Assembly (NCBI GenBank): GCA_963674755.2
Contig: CAXXVS010000002.1
Coordinates: 1,856,001 to 1,920,000, forward strand
Length of the DNA: 64,000 bases
Direction of reading: 5' to 3'
From: Desulfobacterales bacterium
Lineage (GTDB): Bacteria; Desulfobacterota; Desulfobacteria; Desulfobacterales; UBA5852
Shown here piece by piece: positions 39,621 through 48,740 of this stretch. The translations under genes and the position numbers were made by a program. Below the pieces are notes generated by a model. It saw only the letters and a program-made list of their open reading frames with translations. It did not search any database and was not told where the DNA came from. How positions within the stretch are numbered: position 1 is the first letter of the stretch; the number at the start of each line of letters is the position of its first letter.

Positions 39621-39721
39621 CCGCAGGGAAAAACGCGTATAAAACCAAAAAGCATCTCGGACCTTACATCCACAATCTGGTAAGTCTTTCCGGCAAACCA
39701 CCAGCCGCCGGGAGGAATGCC

Positions 39722-41272
39722 ATGGCCAACAGGAGAATCGAGATGCATCAGTACCGACAAGTCATCCACCGTATGCGCCTTGGACAAAGCGACCGCGCCA
39801 TCGCGAAAAGCCAACTGATCGGACGGACCAAATGCGCCGCCGTGCGGGAGGTCGCTGGGCAAAAGGGCTGGCTCAATAGCGGCCCGCTGCCCGACGACGA
39901 ACAACTCGCCAAGATCTTCGAGGTTAAAAGATCCCCCGGCCAAAACCAAGCCCCGTTGACCCAGCCGCATGCGGATCAGATCAAGCAATGGGTCGCAGAG
40001 GGCATTCAAGCCACGACGATCTATGAGGCCTTGGTCGGGCAGTTCGGATTTTCCGGCAGTTATTCCTCTGTCCGGCGCCAGGTAAGAAAGCTGCGCCACG
40101 CGAGCCCCAAAGCCTCTTGCGTTCTGGACTTTGCCCCAGGCGAAGCAGCCCAGGTTGACTTCGGCAAAGGGCCCACGATCAAGGACGTGTTTACCGGCGC
40201 GGTGATCAAGACCTGGATCTTTGTGATGACGCTGTGCTTCAGCCGCCACATGTATGCCGAGATCGTCACCGACCAGAAAGTTGCAACCTGGCTGGCCTGC
40301 CATCGGCGCGCATTCGCGTTTTTCAATGGCGTGGCGGCCAAAATGATCATCGACAATCCCAAGTGCGCCATCACCCGGGCCTGCTACACCGATCCGGACG
40401 TTCAGCGCTCCTACGGCGAGCTGGCCGAAGGATACGGCTTTCTCATTTCGCCGTGTCCCGTCCGGGACCCGCAGAAAAAGGGCCGGGTCGAGTCCGGTGT
40501 CAAATATGTCAAAAACAACTTCGTGCCGCTTCGTACCTTCCGAACCCTGGCCGACGCCAACGAGCAGCTTGTCCGCTGGCTGCTGGAAAGGGCCGGCAAC
40601 CGCATCCACGGCACAACCCACCGAAGGCCGCTGGAGATGTTTGCGGAGACCGAAAAACACTTTTTAAAGCCGCTGCCAGATGTTCCCGTGGAACTCGCCG
40701 TCTGGACCCGGGTCAAGGTGCACGGCAATTGCCATGTGCAGTTTGAAAAGGCCTACTACTCGGCGCCCTTCCGCTTGGTGCACCAGGAGCTGATGCTAAA
40801 AGCCACCGACACGACCGTAAAACTCTACCAGGACGTGAAGCTCGTGGCCACCCACCCGCGGCTCAAGCGCGCCGGCCAGCGCTCGACGGTCGACGGCCAC
40901 ATGCCGCCGGAAGCCCTGGCCTACAAGATGCAGGACCCACAGTGGTGTCTGAAGCAGGCCGAAGCCGTCGGCCCGGATTGTCATCGGCTCGTCCGCCGGC
41001 TGTTTGCCCACAAAGTGCTCGACAATCTGCGCGCGGCCCAGGGCGTAATCGGCTTGAGCAAAAAGTACGGCACGGCCCGCCTGGAAGCCGCCTGCCGCCG
41101 GGCGCTTCACTTCGACAACGTCAAATACCGTACGGTAAAAAGCATCCTGCATCAGGGCCTTGACCAGGCGCCGCTCTACGAGCAGCCCAACGTGATCCCG
41201 CTAGCTGCGGCGTACACCGGCAACGGCCGTTTTCTTCGCCACCAGGTGTACCGGGAAAGGAGGCCGTCATGA
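39722..41272 (+). CDS. istA: IS21 transposase
   Basis: PGEAAQVDFG, IIDNPK, KGRVESGVKYVK, IHGTT, YSAP. Confidence 0.95.
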   Translation: MANRRIEMHQYRQVIHRMRLGQSDRAIAKSQLIGRTKCAAVREVAGQKGWLNSGPLPDDEQLAKIFEVKRSPGQNQAPLTQPHADQIKQWVAEGIQATTIYEALVGQFGFSGSYSSVRRQVRKLRHASPKASCVLDFAPGEAAQVDFGKGPTIKDVFTGAVIKTWIFVMTLCFSRHMYAEIVTDQKVATWLACHRRAFAFFNGVAAKMIIDNPKCAITRACYTDPDVQRSYGELAEGYGFLISPCPVRDPQKKGRVESGVKYVKNNFVPLRTFRTLADANEQLVRWLLERAGNRIHGTTHRRPLEMFAETEKHFLKPLPDVPVELAVWTRVKVHGNCHVQFEKAYYSAPFRLVHQELMLKATDTTVKLYQDVKLVATHPRLKRAGQRSTVDGHMPPEALAYKMQDPQWCLKQAEAVGPDCHRLVRRLFAHKVLDNLRAAQGVIGLSKKYGTARLEAACRRALHFDNVKYRTVKSILHQGLDQAPLYEQPNVIPLAAAYTGNGRFLRHQVYRERRPS

Positions 41273-42072
41273 ATCCGATACCCGATCTGACGCCCATGCT
41301 AAAGCAGCTTCGCCTGTCGGGAATCCTGGACTCCATCGAGTCGCGCAACCGGCAGGCCATCGAAAACAAGATGTCCTACATGGACTTTCTGGCCACCATC
41401 ATCACCGACGAAATCGCCCGTCGCAACCAGAAGAAATTAGCCTCCGCCCTGCGGCGGGCCAACTTCCGTAACCAGAAAACCCTGGAAGAGTTTGACTTCG
41501 CCTACAATCCCAACATCAATCGCGCCCTGGTCATGGAGCTGGCCTCGTGCCGGTTCATGGCCGAGCGGGTCTGTGTGTTCATCATCGGCCCGTGCGGAAC
41601 GGGAAAAAGCCATCTGGCGCAGGCCCTCGGCCACAGCGCCATTCGAAACGGGCACAGCGTGCTCTTTACTTCCGCATCCAAGATGCTCTCCCAGCTAAAC
41701 GCCGCCCGGGCAACCAACGGCTACGATCGGCATTTTGCAAAGATCGCCGGCGTCGATCTCCTGATCATTGACGACTTCGGCCTTAAACCCCTCAAACCCG
41801 CTCAGGACGAGGACTTCCACGATGTCATCTCAGAGCGCTACGAGCGCAAAAGCACCATCGTGACCTCGAACCTGGACATCCCGGAATGGACCGACGCCTT
41901 TCCAAACCGGATTTTGGGGGAAGCCACCGTCGACCGGCTGCGCCACGGTGCCTACACCGTCGTGCTGGAGGGCAAGAGCTATCGCTCCCCGCGACCGGTC
42001 TCCAAATCAGCTAAAAACACATGTCAAAAAACGCCCAAAAACGGCGGTTCGAAAGGGGGTGAAAAACAATAG
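41269..42072 (+). CDS. istB: IS21 helper ATPase
   Basis: KTLEEFDF, GPCGTGKSHLA, LLIIDDFG, VTSN, DRLRH. Confidence 0.96.
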   Translation: MNPIPDLTPMLKQLRLSGILDSIESRNRQAIENKMSYMDFLATIITDEIARRNQKKLASALRRANFRNQKTLEEFDFAYNPNINRALVMELASCRFMAERVCVFIIGPCGTGKSHLAQALGHSAIRNGHSVLFTSASKMLSQLNAARATNGYDRHFAKIAGVDLLIIDDFGLKPLKPAQDEDFHDVISERYERKSTIVTSNLDIPEWTDAFPNRILGEATVDRLRHGAYTVVLEGKSYRSPRPVSKSAKNTCQKTPKNGGSKGGEKQ

Positions 42073-42154
42073 TTTGAAGCCGGTCCGAAAACCGCTTTTT
42101 GGTCGGTTTGAAATGGCCCCATTAAGGCGATCATAGGTGGCCTCATTAGGGTGA

Positions 42155-42571
42155 TCATTGACATTCCTGAACCATTTCCTCGATCGACTTGCGAACCAAG
42201 CTTGTTCGGACTGACTGCCCCCGGGCGATCAGAACATTATCCGATGCGTCACGGAACTGGATTTTCAGCATCAACAGGTAGTTGGTCATGTCCCACATCC
42301 AGCGGTCTTCGTACATGACGACCACCTCGGTGCCGGCAGGCATGTCGGCTTCCAGACCCGACGATACGCGTTGCAGGCCCATGGCGCGCATTTCATTGGC
42401 GACAGTCAGGTCGATCTGACGTGGATCATTCGCATGACGCACCACATAGTAGCTTTTGTCAGGACCGATTACCGCATTCGGGAGCACCCTTGAGTTGATG
42501 TATTGCGTGTAGCACCCTGTCAGCGCGGCCAAAGATACCGCCAGCAGGACCAAGATTGAAAACCTTCGCAT
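42155..42571 (-). pseudogene. Lipoprotein truncated near its C-terminus by IS21 (first gene of the riboswitch-3 operon)
   Basis: Lipobox LTGC; native tail TLVAILSPKTKEV* lies at 39418-39459 on the other side of the IS. Confidence 0.8.
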
Positions 42572-42668
42572 TCGCTTCCCTCCTGATAACCCTTTTCCAT
42601 GATGATGAAACCGTACCTGCCACGAAGCCGAATCCTTGTTCCATTCCGCGGCATCGTTCGCTTGTCGA

Positions 42669-42705
42669 CAAAAAAACCCGAAAGCCGCCGAAGCTTCCGG
42701 GTTTG
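42669..42705 (-). terminator. Intrinsic terminator of riboswitch 3
   Basis: Minus strand AAACCCGGAAGC...GCTTTCGGGTTT followed by a T run. Confidence 0.75.
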
Positions 42706-42711
42706 ATATCT

Positions 42712-42790
42712 CATCAGGGCAACCCGGCCACCTCGTTAAGGTCCGTGGCTTTCCGTCCCCGGCTCACACCGGGTTTGGCTTTTCCGGGCG
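42712..42790 (-). ncRNA. c-di-GMP-I (GEMM-I) riboswitch, copy 3
   Basis: Minus strand GCCAAACCCGGT-GTGA-GCCGGGGACGGAAAGCCACGGACC...GGTGGCCGGGTTGCC. Confidence 0.92.
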
Positions 42791-42994
42791 ACTGTGCAAA
42801 GCGAACATTTTGCGAAGCCGCCGTTATTGATCCTTCAGTAAAATTTTCTACCGCCAGAACCACCCCAAGTCAACCCATGCCAACCCCATGACAACCCCAT
42901 GTTATGATACTATTTTTTCGCTTCCGGATTTGATATTTTCCCAGACGTTTTTATCCTTTGCAGGCACCACGACAATCCATTCAGGGATAAAAAC

Positions 42995-43642
42995 ATGATC
43001 GACTGGAACAAGATCCCCAATGCCAACGCCAACCACAACGCCATCGCCAACCGCACTACCCACGCCATCGTCGTGATCGACATGGACGGCAAAATCTTGA
43101 TGGCCAACGCCAACGCCTGTGATCTGCTCGGCTACGACACCCTGGAGGGCGTCAACGTGCGGGATATCATCCCGCCGCCCTACACCATGCTGTTTCAACC
43201 GGAGTCTATGGAAAAGGGGTTCGGATCGGATATCCGCCAGGTGCTGCACAGGGACGGCCGCCTGATCTGGATGGCCGTCGAGGGGGTGGTCTTGAAGGAC
43301 GAGCAGGGCGCCCCCTGGGGGGTATTTCTCTACATGTACGACACCACCACCGAACGGGAGTTGCAGGCCGAAGTGGATCACTTGAGCGCCCATCTGCGCG
43401 GGGTGGTCTCCTCTCTGCAGCAGGCGCTCAACAAGGGCAGGGCCCTGCCGCCGGAGGTTACCCCGGCCGAACGGGAGATCGCAGCCCTGGTCAAAAAGGG
43501 CATGACCTGCAAAAAAATCGCGGCCATGCGCGGCATGGGCGTCAAGTCCGTGGAAAACGCTCGGGTGGCGCTGAGAAAAAAGCTAGGGGTGGCGCACCGC
43601 GACAACCTGCAGGCGGTGCTGCAGGAATACGGGGATCTCTGA
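42995..43642 (+). CDS. PAS + LuxR-type HTH transcriptional regulator
   Basis: PAS (IVVIDMDGKILMANANACDLLGY); C-terminal VTPAEREIAALVKKGMTCKKIA...RVALRKKLG. Confidence 0.85.
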   Translation: MIDWNKIPNANANHNAIANRTTHAIVVIDMDGKILMANANACDLLGYDTLEGVNVRDIIPPPYTMLFQPESMEKGFGSDIRQVLHRDGRLIWMAVEGVVLKDEQGAPWGVFLYMYDTTTERELQAEVDHLSAHLRGVVSSLQQALNKGRALPPEVTPAEREIAALVKKGMTCKKIAAMRGMGVKSVENARVALRKKLGVAHRDNLQAVLQEYGDL

Positions 43643-43655
43643 AAAGCCTCGATGG

Positions 43656-43872
43656 GACACGGATCACCGCCGATACACACGGATAAAGCGTTTTCGCACG
43701 CAAAGCCGCGAAGCGCGCAAAGGGGCAAAAAAGCCGATAGCTGTCAGGCTGTTGAGCTGATAAGCGAACACCCAAATAACGAATAACCAATTTTCTATTT
43801 TATCCTGCAGTCCTTTGCGCCTTTGCGTGAGATAAATGGCCTTTCGGCTTTCTTTGCGGCTTTGCGTGAGAC
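43656..43872. repeat. CACGCAAAG-type palindromic repeat, copy 3, plus an ACACGGAT direct pair
   Basis: GCACGCAAAGCCGCGAAGCGCGCAAAG ... two CTTTGCG(C/G)CTTTGCGTGAGA arms. Confidence 0.7.
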
Positions 43873-44061
43873 AAGGGGGTTTTCGTGTTGGGAACCGCGT
43901 CGGCAATCGGAAGATAGCGGATAGAAAGGCCGTGCGATTTTCAAGAGGCCAAATTGTCCGCTACCCAGGATTACGCGCGCTCGCGGCATGTTGAACGGAG
44001 ATGGGTTATGCAACCAAAAAAGGAAGCCAGAGCGAGTTCCCTGACTTCCTTTTTTATTAGG

Positions 44062-44106
44062 TGGTACGCCCGGAGGGATTCGAACCCCCGACCTACGGAT
44101 CCGAAG
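44062..44106 (-). repeat. 45-bp duplicate of the tRNA-Arg 3' half (att site)
   Basis: Identical to 46036-46080. Confidence 0.95.
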
Positions 44107-44273
44107 AAAAGAACTTTTGGGCTTCCCAACCCCCTCAAAACGCTATTTCTTGTTAATATTTTTGCTTAATTTCAATTGCTAATTTTTTACAATATTGTCA
44201 TTTTTTGGCTGATTTTGGAAAAATTCTCACACGATTCTCACATCAAAACAGCCTCAAAAAAGGTACTGCCCAA

Positions 44274-44945
44274 TCAAAACTCCAAGAGTTTTTTTGCCAG
44301 GCTGTGCAGTTCGTCATTCGCAAGAGCAACTACCTTCTTTTTGACCGTCCGTGAATAATATTCCTTTTCGGTCTTGGTCAGCGGCAGCCCTTCGAGCTTC
44401 TTCTTGAACAACTCCTTCTGCTTAGGCGAGAACACCTGGGATAAGGCGTACTCCAGGGAGAATTCGGCATGCTTTTCCTGGCGGCGCTTGTCCGTTTCAG
44501 CCTTTTTCTCGAAATAGAGATCGAACAGCCCCTTGACGCGCTCTGAATCGAGGACGGTATTATCCCATCTTATCGTACGATCTCGCGCCAAATCCTTTTT
44601 CCATGCCCGAACCAAAGCCTTCTCCTGTTCAGAAAAGGTTTTTTTAAAAGCTTGCCACCAAGAGAAGGACAAGTGATACAGCGAAAACAAGACACCGGAA
44701 AAGAGCAACAGGCGGCGGAAATGATCTTTCTGCCATTGGTTATCCAAGTGCTGCTCGACCAGATCCGGTGCGAACTGATAGGTTTCCGCAGCATTGGCCA
44801 ACAGCACCGGGAAACCTTCCCAAAGTCGCGTATCGACACTTTTGACGACCTCGGCCAGGGTCTCGTTGACATCCAGTTGTTCGACGGGCTCGAACATCGG
44901 GAAGCCGAGCCTCGACAAGCTGGACAGAAGTTTCTGATCAGCCAT
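44274..44945 (-). CDS. Hypothetical partner protein of the nucleotidyltransferase
   Basis: 223-aa ORF overlapping the upstream stop by 8 bp; basic helical C-terminus FSPKQKELFKKKLEG...TKTEKEYYSRTVKKK. Confidence 0.8.
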   Translation of the reverse strand: MADQKLLSSLSRLGFPMFEPVEQLDVNETLAEVVKSVDTRLWEGFPVLLANAAETYQFAPDLVEQHLDNQWQKDHFRRLLLFSGVLFSLYHLSFSWWQAFKKTFSEQEKALVRAWKKDLARDRTIRWDNTVLDSERVKGLFDLYFEKKAETDKRRQEKHAEFSLEYALSQVFSPKQKELFKKKLEGLPLTKTEKEYYSRTVKKKVVALANDELHSLAKKLLEF

Positions 44946-45525
44946 AGAGGCCCCTTTCTTTCAACAAATCCAAGAAATGATCGATATTCGGCCGCAAGCG
45001 GTGTTCGGCAACGTCATAGCGGACCAAATCAATAAAGTGACGGACCAATTTTTGGATATCGAGCGTTGCGTAATGGGCCTCGGCTAAACTTACACAGTCG
45101 TCGAAATCGACCCTGGTGCCCCGCATCAGTTTACTGGCGATCAAGTCGTAATCGTTTAACATACCGATATAAAGATACGAAAATTCCATAAGTGCAGAAT
45201 GTCGCCCCTCATCGAGCGGGGAATCCAGCAGTTCCGTCGTGTGAATTCGATTCCCACTGAAGATATCGAAACGGAAATCCTCCCCTGAGCGCATCCAACC
45301 GGCACCGGTCGTCTGCTCGTAGCCCAGCGCTTTCAACCGTTTTATCAGATAATGATACTCGGCTTCCCTGGGCGCCATAAAATCGACATCCTTGGTCGAC
45401 GGTTTTACCCCCAGCAAAGTCATGGCCGTGCCGCCACAGGCGATAAGGTGAACTTTACGCCTGAGGAATCGGTTCCACTCCCCAAGTATGCCAAGAAGCC
45501 TGTTTTTATCTAGCCTGTAGACCAT
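44938..45525 (-). CDS. Pol-beta-fold nucleotidyltransferase (DUF6036/AbiEii-like)
   Basis: CGGTAM...STKDVDF (GG + DxD) motif, DLIASKL.RG...DFDD. Confidence 0.8.
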   Translation of the reverse strand: MVYRLDKNRLLGILGEWNRFLRRKVHLIACGGTAMTLLGVKPSTKDVDFMAPREAEYHYLIKRLKALGYEQTTGAGWMRSGEDFRFDIFSGNRIHTTELLDSPLDEGRHSALMEFSYLYIGMLNDYDLIASKLMRGTRVDFDDCVSLAEAHYATLDIQKLVRHFIDLVRYDVAEHRLRPNIDHFLDLLKERGLYG

Positions 45526-45569
45526 ATAGACCTATATGTACAAGCATTTGTATTTTTAAGAACAATTAT

Positions 45570-45607
45570 TTGTATATATTTATACAATTATAGGTATGGG
45601 TTGTCAA
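45570..45607 (-). promoter_or_regulatory. Sigma-70 promoter with overlapping palindromic operator
   Basis: Minus strand TTGACA-N17-TATAAA; TTGTATA-N5-TATACAA overlaps the -10. Confidence 0.7.
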
Positions 45608-45743
45608 GCGAACATGCCTGCCGCTTTCTACGCCTCAGGATATCCTGAGCAGACGCTACCAGCGGCGGGACAAACGCAAAGCCTGGGTATTCCGGCATTG
45701 CTACCGGGACTGCACCCGGAAAGCGTGGGCGGAAGGCCCCTTC

Positions 45744-45990
45744 GTGAACCGGAAGCGAATCATGCAGCCCCTGTGCACCAAAGCCGGGGGCAGGTACTTC
45801 CGCTTCCATACCCTGCGCCACTTCGGGGCCTCGATGTTGGATCAGGCCAGCGTTTCCATCGGCTCGATCCAGCGCATTCCGGGACATGAAAACCGGTCGA
45901 CCCCGGAGATATATCTCCACGCGATCGGCAACAGTGAACGTGAGGCCATGGACGTACTGAACGCCATGTCCGAGACTTTTTCTCGTACCA
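45744..45990 (+). pseudogene. Tyrosine integrase C-terminal remnant
   Basis: FHTLRHFGAS...IQRIPGHENRSTPEIYLH (H-x-x-R, GH, Y); no N-terminal region. Confidence 0.85.
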
Positions 45991-45991
45991 T

Positions 45992-46033
45992 AAAAAAGGG
46001 CGTCACAGCCCTAAGACTGTAACGCCCTTTTTT
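45992..46033. terminator. Bidirectional hairpin downstream of tRNA-Arg
   Basis: AAAAAAGGGCGTCACAG...CTGTAACGCCCTTTTTT. Confidence 0.7.
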
Positions 46034-46035
46034 AT

Positions 46036-46112
46036 TGGTACGCCCGGAGGGATTCGAACCCCCGACCTACGGATCCGAAGTCCGGCGCTCTATCCAGCTG
46101 AGCTACGGGCGC
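46036..46112 (-). tRNA. tRNA-Arg(UCG)
   Basis: GCGCCCGTAGCTCAGCTGGATAGAGCG CCGGA-CTTCGGA-TCCGT ...GGTTCGAATCC...CCA; anticodon TCG. Confidence 0.95.
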
Positions 46113-46113
46113 A

Positions 46114-46239
46114 TTAGCGATGTCCCAAAAGCGCATCTTCTGCGTTGCCGTTCATTTTTATTCTTGCGACGTACATGGGTACACCGCATTCATAAAAAAC
46201 TCCGGCGCCTTGAATCTGCCTCTATTGGGAAATCGCTAA
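46114..46239. repeat. MITE-like element between the tRNA genes
   Basis: TIRs TTAGCGATGTCCCAA / TTGGGAAATCGCTAA; internal GCGTTG...CGTAC...GTAC...CGCCTTG as in the 52.3-kb repeat. Confidence 0.65.
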
Positions 46240-46305
46240 CGAGCTCGTAGAAGCGACAAGACCATTGATAATGCAGACGCTCATCAATGGTCTTTGCTTT
46301 AAAAA

Positions 46306-46382
46306 TGGGGTGAGTGATGGGACTTGAACCCACGACCCTCAGGGCCACAACCTGATGCTCTGCCAACTGAGCTACACCCACC
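46306..46382 (-). tRNA. tRNA-His(GUG)
   Basis: GGTGGGTGTAGCTCAGTTGGCAGAGCA TCAGG-TTGTGGC-CCTGA ...GGTTCAAGTCC...CCA with G-1. Confidence 0.96.
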
Positions 46383-46631
46383 GCAATGAACGCGGATATC
46401 TAACAGAAGCGCCCCCCAAAAGCAAGGACAAAATCGTTCTGCAAGGGTTTACGGGAACGGTGTCCACGCCTGCCGGGAAGTCCCTTTCCCGGGGGTGCGG
46501 TACCTGTCTCCGAAGGCCTGTGGCCGTCCGACAGCTTCCCCACCGACCGCCAGGTCAGTGTTGACCCCGGTTCCCAACTGCTATAGGATATCCGTCACAT
46601 TTCAATCCTGGGGAAAGGCCACCATAAGCAC

Positions 46632-46802
46632 ATGTCATTTCAGATATTTATCATCAGGGCCCTGATGGGCCTGGGCATGGCCGTGGTGCTGACCCGGATG
46701 TTTCGGGGCCACAGCGATCCGGTCTACGTCATCGGCCTGGCCACCATCCTGGTGGGGCTGGCCTATGCCATGGAGTACCTGCGCAAGCGCAAGAAGCGCT
46801 AG
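46632..46802 (+). CDS. Small membrane protein (56 aa, two hydrophobic segments)
   Basis: MSFQIFIIRALMGLGMAVVLTRMFRGHSDPVYVIGLATILVGLAYAMEYLRKRKKR; GC-ending codons; not in the ORF track. Confidence 0.7.
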   Translation: MSFQIFIIRALMGLGMAVVLTRMFRGHSDPVYVIGLATILVGLAYAMEYLRKRKKR

Positions 46803-46829
46803 CGCCGGCTGCAGGGGAGTCCAATCAGC

Positions 46830-48740
46830 GTGAAACAGATCATTCTCGGCACGGCCGGCCACATCGATCACGGCAAGACCAGCCTCATCAAAGCGGTCAG
46901 CGGGATCGATACGGACCGCCTGAAGGAAGAGAAGCAGCGCGGCATCACCATCGAGCTGGGCTTCGCCTCCCTGGACCTGCCCGACGGCCAGCACGTGGGC
47001 ATCGTGGACGTGCCCGGCCACGAGAAATTCGTCAAGAACATGGTGGCCGGGGCCACCGGCATCGACATCGTGGCCATGGTGATCGCGGCCGACGAGGGCG
47101 TCATGCCCCAGACCCGGGAGCACATGGAGATCTGCACCCTGCTGGGCGTGCAGCACGGCTTCGTGGTACTCACCAAGATCGATATGGTGGACGAAGAGTG
47201 GCTGGAACTGGCCATGGACGACATCCGGACCTTCAGCCAGGGCACCTTTCTGGAAGACCGCCCCATCGTGCCGGTCTCCTCGGTCACGGGGGCAGGCCTC
47301 CCGCAATTCATCGAAACGCTCCAGGCCATCTGCAAGGAGGTGCCCGAGCGCAAGCAGACCGGCCTTTTCCGTCTGCCGGTGGACCGGGTCTTCACCATGA
47401 AGGGCTTCGGCACCGTGATCACGGGCTCCCTGGTCTCAGGCAAGATTGCCGTGGGGGAGACCATTATGATCTACCCCTCCCTGACCAAGTCCAAGGTGCG
47501 CGGCATCCAGGTGCACAACCAGAGCGTCAACGAGGCCCTGGCAGGCCAGCGCACGGCCATCAACTTTCAGGGCCTGGACATCGCCGCCGTCAACCGGGGG
47601 GATGTGCTGGCCCGTCCCGACACGCTATCCCCCAGCTATATGGCGGATCTGGACTTCCACTACCTGGCCAGCGCGCCCAAACCCATCAAGAACCGCACCC
47701 GCATCCGTTTTCACACCGGCACCAGCGAAATCATGGGCAATCTGATCCTGCTGGACAGCGAAGAGCTGGCCCCCGGCGCCTCAGCCGCCGTCCAGGTGCG
47801 CCTGGACACCCCGGTGGCCATCGTGAAAGAAGACCGCTACGTGATCCGCAGCTATTCGCCGGTACGCACCATCGGCGGCGGCCAGGTGCTCAACCCGATT
47901 CCGTCCAAACACAAGCGTTTCCGCACCGAGATCAGCGATGCCCTGAATGCCCTCGTGGAAATGCCACCGGAGGAGGTGATCGCCTTCCATGCCCGCCAGG
48001 CCGGCTTCCAGGGGGCGGAATACAGCGAACTGCGGCTGGTGACCAACCTCCCGGACAAGAAGCTCGAAGCCGCCCTCGGCACGCTGCTCTCGCACCGGGA
48101 CCTGATCATGGTGGACCGGGAGCGCCGGCTCTACGTCCATGCCGAAACTTATGCCTATCTGCGGCAGCTGGTGCTCGAACAACTCGAAGCCTACCATGCC
48201 AGGAATCCCCTCAAGGCCGGCATGCCCCGGGAAGAGCTGCGCAGCAAATTTCCGCGCCGCATCAATCCCAAGCTGGCCCCTCTGGTGCTCAACCAGATGC
48301 TCAAGAGTGAAGAACTGGCCGCCGAAGACGACCTCATCCGCCTGGCCGGCCATAGAGTCTCCCTGGCGGTGGACCAAAGCCAGCTGCGGGAGAAAATCCT
48401 GCAAGCCTACGTCCGGGGTGGCCTCATGCCCCCCTATTTCACGGAGATCTGCCAGTCCCTGGAGGTCTCGCCGCGGGATGCCCGGGATGTGCTGCAGCTG
48501 CTGGTGGAAGACAAGCAACTGGTCAAGGTCAAGGAAGATCTCTATTTTCAACGGACGGCCATCGAAGACTTGAGAGAACGCCTGGTGGCGTTTCTGCGGG
48601 ACAGGGGCGCCATCACCACGCCCGAGTTCAAGGATATGACTGGTGCATCCCGCAAATATGTGATACCTCTGGCAGAGTATTTCGACACGGCCAATGTCAC
48701 GATTCGTGTCGGCGATACCCGCCAGTTGCGAAAAGGATAG
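46830..48740 (+). CDS. selB: Selenocysteine-specific elongation factor
   Basis: [36 protein letters not shown]-terminal winged helices [13 protein letters not shown]. Confidence 0.97.
   Translation: MKQIILGTAGHIDHGKTSLIKAVSGIDTDRLKEEKQRGITIELGFASLDLPDGQHVGIVDVPGHEKFVKNMVAGATGIDIVAMVIAADEGVMPQTREHMEICTLLGVQHGFVVLTKIDMVDEEWLELAMDDIRTFSQGTFLEDRPIVPVSSVTGAGLPQFIETLQAICKEVPERKQTGLFRLPVDRVFTMKGFGTVITGSLVSGKIAVGETIMIYPSLTKSKVRGIQVHNQSVNEALAGQRTAINFQGLDIAAVNRGDVLARPDTLSPSYMADLDFHYLASAPKPIKNRTRIRFHTGTSEIMGNLILLDSEELAPGASAAVQVRLDTPVAIVKEDRYVIRSYSPVRTIGGGQVLNPIPSKHKRFRTEISDALNALVEMPPEEVIAFHARQAGFQGAEYSELRLVTNLPDKKLEAALGTLLSHRDLIMVDRERRLYVHAETYAYLRQLVLEQLEAYHARNPLKAGMPREELRSKFPRRINPKLAPLVLNQMLKSEELAAEDDLIRLAGHRVSLAVDQSQLREKILQAYVRGGLMPPYFTEICQSLEVSPRDARDVLQLLVEDKQLVKVKEDLYFQRTAIEDLRERLVAFLRDRGAITTPEFKDMTGASRKYVIPLAEYFDTANVTIRVGDTRQLRKG

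Larger units (their letters stand above)
39466..42163 (+). mobile_element. IS21-family insertion sequence
   Basis: Ends TGTTAATGGTCAC / GTGATCATTGACA; 6-bp target duplication TTCCTG (39460-39465, 42164-42169); multiple subterminal repeats. Confidence 0.93.
44062..46080. mobile_element. Degenerate tRNA-Arg-integrated mini-island (~2 kb)
   Basis: Bounded by 45-bp direct repeats; contains an integrase remnant and two cargo genes. Confidence 0.85.

Noticed and set aside
28358..42790. 3',3'-cGAMP-specific (GEMM-Ib) assignment for the riboswitches
   Set aside because: All three have G, not A, at the discriminating position three nt before AAACC; promiscuous binding is not excluded
44062..44106. 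Second tRNA-Arg gene
   Set aside because: Only the 3' 45 nt are present; no D arm or 5' acceptor strand, so it is an att duplicate
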